A stretch of 64,000 nt of DNA, taken from positions 64,001 through 128,000 of the forward strand of contig CAWGAA010000001.1 in the NCBI GenBank assembly GCA_963820525.1. The letters are read 5' to 3'. Position numbers and translations under genes: made by a program. The DNA comes from an uncultured Spirochaetota bacterium. GTDB lineage: Bacteria > Spirochaetota > Spirochaetia > SZUA-6 > Fen-1364. Positions 57,755-64,000 of this stretch are shown piece by piece (within the stretch, counting starts at the first letter, position 1; the number at the start of each line of letters is the position of its first letter). Below the pieces are notes generated by a model, which saw nothing but the letters and a program-made list of their open reading frames with translations, was not told where the DNA came from and did no database searches.

Positions 57755-58958
57755 ACGTCTCCTTCACGGCGGCCCGAAGACCTCCGCGTGCCAGCCGCAC
57801 GCGAACGAAATCCTCTGTTTTGACCATTTCAGATGAGAGGAGCACGGCCCCCGACTTCTCGTCGCTGACCACCGCGTAGCCCCGCCGCAGGATGTCCAGG
57901 GGAGAGCAGGATGCCAGCTCCCGGGAAGCGAGGTCGAGCCTGTGGCGAAGGCCGGTCAGGGTCCGGCCAAACTCGTCGAAGAGTGATTGCTTGGCATCAT
58001 CGAAACGCAGGGTGACGGGACCGGAGAAGATGCGGAAACTGCGCAGCAGGGTGTCCGGCTCGAACCGCGCCATGAGCAGCCGGACCCTTTCCAGTCTCTG
58101 GCGCAGGAGGCTCTCCATTGACGCGGAGAGCTGGACGACACGGTGGAGCAGCTCGACCCGGGAAGCGGATACCATCTCGGCGGCAGCCGACGGGGTGGGC
58201 GCGCGGATGTCGGCCGCCAGGTCGGAGAGGGTGAAGTCGGTCTCGTGTCCGACGGCTGAGATGACGGGGATTCGTGAGGCCGCGATGGCGCGCACGACAA
58301 CCTCGGAAGAGAAGGGGAGAAGGCCCTCCAGCGACCCTCCTCCGCGGCCCACGATGACAACCTCCCCGAGGGAATAGGCGTTGGCGATCTCGATCTGGCG
58401 GGCTATCCGCTCGTCGGCGCCCTCGCCCTGAACCGGAGTGGGAAGGATGACGACATCGATTCCCGCGCTCCTGCGCTTGAGGATCCTCAATATATCGCGG
58501 ATGGCAGCCCCGGTCGGGGATGTGACCACGGCAATGCGGGAGGGGAAAAGCGGCAGGGGCTTCTTTCGGGATTGATCGAAGAGCCCTTCGGCCGCCAGCT
58601 TTCGCTTGCGTTCCTCCAGGAGCGCAAGGATGTCGCCTTCCCCCGCGCGCTTGAGGCTCTCGCATATCAGCTGGTAGCTCCCCCTCCGCGGGTAGACCGA
58701 GATCCCCCCCCGGGCCCTCACCAGCATGCCGTCGGCGGGCTGGAAGCGGAGCGTCTCGATCCTGTTCCTGAACATGACGATGGAGATGATTGCATCCAGG
58801 TCTTTGAGGCTAAAGTAGTAGTGGCCCGTGCTGGAGGGGCGGAAGTTCGAGATCTCCCCCTGGACCGTCACATCGGGAAACCCGTCCTCAAGGGTGCCTT
58901 TGATGAGCTGGGTGATCTCCGATACGGTAAACGGCCGCGCTTCGGGGGCTTCGCTCAT
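57735..58958 (-). CDS. xseA: Exodeoxyribonuclease VII large subunit
   Basis: GEISN...S.GHYYFSLKD, VTSPTGAAIRD, GRGGGSLE, SAVGHETD, RAPTPSAAAE. Confidence 0.96.
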   Translation of the reverse strand: MSEAPEARPFTVSEITQLIKGTLEDGFPDVTVQGEISNFRPSSTGHYYFSLKDLDAIISIVMFRNRIETLRFQPADGMLVRARGGISVYPRRGSYQLICESLKRAGEGDILALLEERKRKLAAEGLFDQSRKKPLPLFPSRIAVVTSPTGAAIRDILRILKRRSAGIDVVILPTPVQGEGADERIARQIEIANAYSLGEVVIVGRGGGSLEGLLPFSSEVVVRAIAASRIPVISAVGHETDFTLSDLAADIRAPTPSAAAEMVSASRVELLHRVVQLSASMESLLRQRLERVRLLMARFEPDTLLRSFRIFSGPVTLRFDDAKQSLFDEFGRTLTGLRHRLDLASRELASCSPLDILRRGYAVVSDEKSGAVLLSSEMVKTEDFVRVRLARGGLRAAVKETYAGEKL

Positions 58959-58965
58959 TGAGGGG

Positions 58966-58994
58966 AGGGTACATCTTTGCACGGCGAATGGCAA
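58966..58994 (-). promoter_or_regulatory. Sigma70 promoter, leaderless, for xseAB
   Basis: Minus TTGCCA-N17-TACCCT-N7-ATG. Confidence 0.55.
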
Positions 58995-59062
58995 TTGGAG
59001 AACGTTCTCACCGAGGCGGTGAATTGCATTGAGGGCTATTTGTCGATAATCTGTTGGGAACA

Positions 59063-60550
59063 ATGAAGAACATCGCGATCATCAACGCCATTGCCTCAAG
59101 CGATGTGGCCCTGCGCCCCATTTTCGGAGATCGCTCGTCCCTGGAGCGGGCGATCTCCGCCGGCCGCGTCATGCCCGACGTGGAGGAAGTAATTGTCCTT
59201 TGCTCACGGCCGCCCGCGGGGGTTTCCGGGGTGAGACTGGAAGAGCGGGACACATGGTCCGTGGGCGACCTCATCGCCTCTCTGATGAAGCATGGGCGCG
59301 GGCACTCCGACATATTCTATTTCTTCGCGGACTGCCCCCTGGTGGATGCATCGATCACGGCGCGGATGCACGAAAATCACCGGAAGTACTACGCCGACTA
59401 TACCTTCGCGGACGGCTACCCCTACGGTCTCACGCCCGAAATCATGCGCGTGGAAACCGCCTCCCGGCTGCCGGCATTTTCGGAGCGGGGCCCCTTGCTG
59501 GGCCGCGAGACCGTCTTCGAGCTGATCAAGCAGGACATCAACTCCTTCGATATCGAGACCGAGCTGGCCCCGAAGGACCAGCGTCTCCTCCGCGTCTCTC
59601 TCACCGCGGACACGGAAAGGAACTTCCTCCTTCTCTCGCGGCTGGCCGCTTTGGGCGCTTCCGACGCCTCTTCCGTAACCCGTGTTCTCGACGAGCACCC
59701 CGAGATCGCCAGGACGCTTCCCGTCTTTTTCCCCATCCAAATCGTGGAAAGGTGCCCCCAGGCATGCACGTACTGCCCCTACCCGCGCTTCGGCGGCGAC
59801 ATCCTGAAAAAGAACGGGGCCATGGAAGTGGAGGATTTCAGATCTCTGGTCGGAAAGATCGTGCGCTTCTGCGGGGACGCCGTGATCGATGTCTCCCTCT
59901 GGGGAGATCCCAGCATGCATCCGCGGTTTTTCGACATCGCAAAGGCCGCCCTGGAGCGCCCGGGGATCGATCTGGTGATCGAGACGTCGGGAGTCGGCTG
60001 GGACGCTTCGACGCTCAGGAAGCTCGCCTCTGAGCTTCCCCGCCGGCCAACCTGGATCGTCTCCCTGGACGCCGCCTCCCAGAATGTCTACGCGAGCCTG
60101 CGGGGTCCCGGATTCGAGGAGTCGCGTGCCACGGCGCAGCTTCTCTTCGAGCTTTTCCCGCAATCCGTCTACGCCCAGGCCGTCAGGATGAAAGAAAATG
60201 AAGAGGACCTGGAAACCTTCTTCAAGGAATGGAAAGGAAAAACTGAAAAGCTCATCATCCAGAAATACGATCATTTCTGCGGTTTTCTCCCCGAGAGGAA
60301 GGTGGCGGACCTCTCTCCGCTGAAGCGCTTCCCCTGCTGGCACATCAAGCGCGATCTCGCGGTTCTCATCGATGGGACGGTCTGCCTGTGCCGCGAAGAC
60401 CTCGGCCGCGCGCACGTGCTGGGAAACGCCTCAAGCGAGGAGCTGTCGGCCGTCTGGGCCAGAGGGGAGGCTTTCCACGGCAGGCATGTCTCGGGGGATT
60501 ACCCCAGCCTCTGCACCTCCTGCGATGAGTGGTATACCTATAACTTCTAA
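59063..60550 (+). CDS. Spiro-SPASM protein (cytidylyltransferase-like N-terminus, radical SAM, SPASM)
   Basis: ADCPL, FADGYPYGL.PE, FDIETE, CPQACTYC, R.PCWH..RD.....DG.V.LC, C..C.EW. Confidence 0.88.
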   Translation: MKNIAIINAIASSDVALRPIFGDRSSLERAISAGRVMPDVEEVIVLCSRPPAGVSGVRLEERDTWSVGDLIASLMKHGRGHSDIFYFFADCPLVDASITARMHENHRKYYADYTFADGYPYGLTPEIMRVETASRLPAFSERGPLLGRETVFELIKQDINSFDIETELAPKDQRLLRVSLTADTERNFLLLSRLAALGASDASSVTRVLDEHPEIARTLPVFFPIQIVERCPQACTYCPYPRFGGDILKKNGAMEVEDFRSLVGKIVRFCGDAVIDVSLWGDPSMHPRFFDIAKAALERPGIDLVIETSGVGWDASTLRKLASELPRRPTWIVSLDAASQNVYASLRGPGFEESRATAQLLFELFPQSVYAQAVRMKENEEDLETFFKEWKGKTEKLIIQKYDHFCGFLPERKVADLSPLKRFPCWHIKRDLAVLIDGTVCLCREDLGRAHVLGNASSEELSAVWARGEAFHGRHVSGDYPSLCTSCDEWYTYNF

Positions 60551-61481
60551 GCCGACGATGGTCCCCTATACCGTGATGGGCGGCGTCCGCCGTGACTGGA
60601 TGCGAAAGTATCCTTACCGGCTCACCATCCTCGTCATGAGCAGGGGCGACAGGCTGTTCCGCTCGGAGCTCCTGGGGCAGCTGGAAGCCTTCGCGCTCGG
60701 CGAGATCATCTGGGTGGAGGGGCCCGCGGTCTCGTTCGATATCGAAACCCTCTCGCGCGATTTTCCCGGGGTCCGTTTTCTCCTCATCAAGGAAGACGTG
60801 TCGATCGGTCAGATGATCGACATCGGCATATCTGAATCCCGGGCACCGTACGTGCTGTGCATGTGGAGCGACGCGCGGATTGCCAGCCTCTCCCCATCCC
60901 TGCTCGATTCGATCGAGAAGGCGCATTCCGTCTGCGTCATCCCCCTGATCAGGAACGCCCGCTCAGAGGTCGTGCCGTCCTTCCAGGCCCCCGTGTGGAG
61001 GAAAGGCACCCTCTCCCTTCAGTTTCGAACGCCGAGCAGGGATGGAGAGAAGGTCCTTTTTCCATTCGATTACTGCGGGATCTACGATTCGAGGAGATTC
61101 GCGCAGAGCGGCGGCTACGACCCGGCGATCTCCAACCCCTACTGGCAGAAGCTCGACTTCGGCTTTCGCTGTCACCTCTGGGGTGAAAAGATCAGCGGCA
61201 CGACGGCGATCACGCTCGCCTACGCGAGCCCGCCGCCGTCGGAAGACTCCACCCCTGACGAAAGCTACAAGGCCTTCTATTTGAAGAACCTGGCGGTTCG
61301 CTTCAAGAGGGAGATGGGGGTCCTTCCGCCGTGGAGGATGCTGGAGTACATCCTGCGCTCGAACACGGGGCCATTCCTCGCGGCGCGGGAGTTCCGCCGC
61401 ATGCGAGCGTGGGTCTCTCTCCACCGATCCCGCTTCCGACGGGATCCGCGGGAGCTCATGGAGAAATGGGGGAGCCAGTAG
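60525..61481 (+). CDS. Hypothetical protein, GT-A/GT2-like fold
   Basis: FP.VRFL, IDIGI.ES..PYV...WSD, GGYD..I...YW..LDFG.R..L.G resemble GT2 patterns. Confidence 0.65.
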   Translation: MSGIPITSKPTMVPYTVMGGVRRDWMRKYPYRLTILVMSRGDRLFRSELLGQLEAFALGEIIWVEGPAVSFDIETLSRDFPGVRFLLIKEDVSIGQMIDIGISESRAPYVLCMWSDARIASLSPSLLDSIEKAHSVCVIPLIRNARSEVVPSFQAPVWRKGTLSLQFRTPSRDGEKVLFPFDYCGIYDSRRFAQSGGYDPAISNPYWQKLDFGFRCHLWGEKISGTTAITLAYASPPPSEDSTPDESYKAFYLKNLAVRFKREMGVLPPWRMLEYILRSNTGPFLAAREFRRMRAWVSLHRSRFRRDPRELMEKWGSQ

Positions 61482-61482
61482 G

Positions 61483-62169
61483 GTGCGCACGGGCGTCTTT
61501 ATCCAGGTGCGGCTGGGCTCCACGAGGCTGCCGGCAAAGGCCGTTCTTCCCATTGACGGGGTGAGCCTGATCCGCCACGCGATGCGCGCCCTGCGCGGAG
61601 TCCCCGCAGAAGTTCACGCGCTGCTCTCGGACCACCCGAGCGCGGCGCGGCTGGCCGAGGAGGCGGCGGCCGAAGGGTTCGAGCTTTTCGTCGGTCCGGA
61701 TCTTGATGTCCTGGCCCGTTTCTGCCAGGCATGCAGGAAGTTCTCCGTTTCCCGGCTTATCAGGGCCACGGGTGACAATCCCCTGGTGTCGGCTGCCCTG
61801 GCGAGATCGATCATGGAAATCCACGGCGAGAGAGGGGCGGATCTGAGCCATTACCTCGGCTGCCCGTGGGGCTCGGGAGTCGAGCTGGTGGAGGCGCGGG
61901 CCTTGTTCGCCGCGGAGAAGGAGGCGGAGGACTCCGTCGAGCGTGAACATATCACCACGTTCCTCTACCGCCATCCCGAGCGCTTCATCATCCTGGAGCC
62001 GCAGGCGCCGGACGGCATGAACGATCCGGATGCACGGGTGACGGTGGATACGCCCGAGGACTTCGCGCGCGTGCAGAGCATATTCCACGACCTCTATCGG
62101 GGTGCTCCCATCGAAGCTGACGAGATCGTTTCCTGGTTCAGGCGTTCGAGAGGCGGAAGCGATGCATGA
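61483..62169 (+). CDS. SpsF/NeuA-like cytidylyltransferase
   Basis: IQVRLGSTRLPAK, G...DVLARF, RATGDNP, REHIT, RVTVDT.ED. Confidence 0.88.
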   Translation: MRTGVFIQVRLGSTRLPAKAVLPIDGVSLIRHAMRALRGVPAEVHALLSDHPSAARLAEEAAAEGFELFVGPDLDVLARFCQACRKFSVSRLIRATGDNPLVSAALARSIMEIHGERGADLSHYLGCPWGSGVELVEARALFAAEKEAEDSVEREHITTFLYRHPERFIILEPQAPDGMNDPDARVTVDTPEDFARVQSIFHDLYRGAPIEADEIVSWFRRSRGGSDA

Positions 62170-63940
62170 AGGGCGCAAGAGCTTCCTCCTCGTCCCCGCG
62201 GGAGGCAACGGAGAGGGCGTCGGCCACCTGATGCGCTGTCTTTCTCTGGCGGAGAAGCTTTCCGGCAATTGCACGCTTCTCACCGCTTCGCTGTCGGAGG
62301 ATGCGCGGGCAATTCTGCGAAACCGGGAGGTCTCGGGGGGATACATTCCTCCCCGCGTCGATGCGCTTTCGGACGGGGATCGATTCGATATCGTGCTTCT
62401 GGACAAGAGGCGCACCACATCCGGTGAAGAGGCCTTTTTCTCCCGGTTCGGGACCGTGGTCTGCCTCGATGAGGGAGGTGAAGCGAGGCGTCGCGCTTCG
62501 TATCTCATCGCGGCTCTTCCCGCTCCCCCGGCAGCGGTGAGCGACAACATCGCCTCCCTCGCCTTCCTCGATCTTCCCCCGCGGAGGCGAAAAGTCGAGC
62601 TGCCCATCCGCCGCATCCTCGTGAGCTTCGGGGGCGAGGACTCAAGCGATCTCAGCGGCGCCTTCCTGGACGCCGTTCTCTCCCGAGGGATTTTCCCCGC
62701 GGAGGCGATCACGGTGGTGGAAGGGCCCTTGTTCGGGAGAAAGATCTGGCCGCAGGGCGTGAAGGTGGTCCAGGGCGCCTGGCGGCTGACCGATCTTTTG
62801 TGCGAGCACGATCTTGTTGTAACGCACTTCGGGATGACGGCGCTGGAGGCTCTGGCGCTCGGCGTCCCCGTGGCCCTGCTCAGCCCCACCAGGTACCACG
62901 GCTCGCTTTCCTCGGTCATCCAGGCGCCCACCATCGGCGTGGGCAAGCCCGACATGGGGGCGATGCGCAGCCTGCTCGGCCGTCAACGGACCCTGGTGGA
63001 AGCTGTCGAGCGTTTCCAGCTCAGGCTCCAGGCGGAGCGGGGAACAAGCCTCGCGGGATACCTGTCGCGGCTTTCCGCCGGAAGCGGCCGCCGTTGTCCC
63101 GTCTGCCGCTCGGATGGAAATAACGTCATCGCCCGGTTCGCCGAGCGCACGTATCGAGCCTGCCCCGCCTGCCGCCTGACATATCTGGAGAGCTTTGCCG
63201 CAGAATCGCCGCGCTATGACGGAGAGTACTTCGGCGAGGAGTACCGCCGCCGCTACGGCAGGACGTATCTCGAGGATTTTCCTTCCATCAAGGAGACGGG
63301 AAAAGCGCGGATGAGAGTTCTTCGCCGGCTCCTTGGTGGGGATGCCTTGGGCACGCTGCTCGACATCGGCTGTGCATTCGGTCCCTTTCTGGATGCGGCC
63401 CGGGAATCGGGTTTTTCCCCCTTCGGCGTGGATGTATCCGAGGAAGCGGTCGCTTATGTGCGCCAGCGGCTGGGCATTCCCGCTCTCTGCGGCAGCTTCG
63501 AAGAGCTCCGAATGGATGACCTCCCTCCCGGGCCGATCCGAGCCGTCACTCTCTGGTACGTGATCGAGCACTTTCAAGACCTTGGCGGCTGCCTGAAAAA
63601 GGCCGCCTCTCTTCTTCAGCCGGGCGGAGTGCTCGCGTTCTCTACCCCCAACGGCCGCGGAATCTCGGCGCGTAAGGACATGCGCGAATTCCTCCTGAAA
63701 AGCCCCGCGGATCACTACTCCATTCTTTCGCCTCGCGGCCTCTCCCGCATTCTTGCCCGCTTCGGCTTCGACCTTGCCTTTGTCCGGGTAACGGGGCACC
63801 ATCCCGAGAGGTTTCCCTCCCCGCTCGGAGGCCTCGCGACGAGAGGCGGCGCCTTGGCCGGCGTGCTCGCCGCTGTGAGCGGGATTCTGGGCCTCGGGGA
63901 TACCTTCGAAGCATACGCGGTCAAAAGGAACGCGGCGTGA
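62162..63940 (+). CDS. PseG/SpsG-like GT-B domain fused to zinc ribbon and class I methyltransferase
   Basis: G.GVGHLMRCL.LA, ILVSFGG.D, G.T..EA..LG.P; CPVC...CPAC; LLDIGCAFG.FL, V.EH, L.PGG....STPN. Confidence 0.82.
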   Translation: MHEGRKSFLLVPAGGNGEGVGHLMRCLSLAEKLSGNCTLLTASLSEDARAILRNREVSGGYIPPRVDALSDGDRFDIVLLDKRRTTSGEEAFFSRFGTVVCLDEGGEARRRASYLIAALPAPPAAVSDNIASLAFLDLPPRRRKVELPIRRILVSFGGEDSSDLSGAFLDAVLSRGIFPAEAITVVEGPLFGRKIWPQGVKVVQGAWRLTDLLCEHDLVVTHFGMTALEALALGVPVALLSPTRYHGSLSSVIQAPTIGVGKPDMGAMRSLLGRQRTLVEAVERFQLRLQAERGTSLAGYLSRLSAGSGRRCPVCRSDGNNVIARFAERTYRACPACRLTYLESFAAESPRYDGEYFGEEYRRRYGRTYLEDFPSIKETGKARMRVLRRLLGGDALGTLLDIGCAFGPFLDAARESGFSPFGVDVSEEAVAYVRQRLGIPALCGSFEELRMDDLPPGPIRAVTLWYVIEHFQDLGGCLKKAASLLQPGGVLAFSTPNGRGISARKDMREFLLKSPADHYSILSPRGLSRILARFGFDLAFVRVTGHHPERFPSPLGGLATRGGALAGVLAAVSGILGLGDTFEAYAVKRNAA

Positions 63941-64000
63941 AAACAGTGCTCATTCTGGGCGGCGGAATCATGCAGGTTCCGGCTGTGCGGATAGCCAGGC
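63937..64000 (+). CDS. Start of probable ATP-grasp or Rossmann-fold protein (truncated by window edge)
   Basis: GTGA overlap; MKTVLILGGGIMQVPAVRIAR. Confidence 0.6.
   Translation, partial: MKTVLILGGGIMQVPAVRIAR

Overview
GC-rich, densely packed chromosomal core region of a spirochete, probably Spirochaetia. The assignment rests on a FlaB-type flagellin, a spiro-SPASM protein, a UPF0164/TP0854-0856-like cluster and the mltG-dnaG-rpoD-zinc ribbon-rnpB order. The window holds about 60 CDS, tRNA-Thr(UGU), tRNA-Tyr(GUA) and RNase P RNA; I found no mobile element or CRISPR array. Housekeeping blocks are coaD-rpmF-acpP-rnc, cca, flaB, thiN, Fe-ADH-aroH-glgA-map, mltG-dnaG-rpoD, mreBCD-mrdA-rodA-radical SAM, mazG, ychF and xseAB. 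Most notable observations: (1) a Rex repressor fused in frame to a complete NuoE/HydC-type [2Fe-2S] domain with no partner subunits nearby; (2) a divergent barrel / helical periplasmic protein / HAMP-PP2C phosphatase cluster that looks like a trans-envelope signalling system; (3) a spiro-SPASM radical SAM plus nucleotide-sugar gene cluster; (4) a giant barrel-8xIg-OmpA protein; (5) many apparently leaderless genes; (6) an HD-GYP/YraN in-frame fusion and a frameshifted mrdA, either of which may be a 1-nt sequence error. All family assignments come from motif recognition by eye; no database searches were run.
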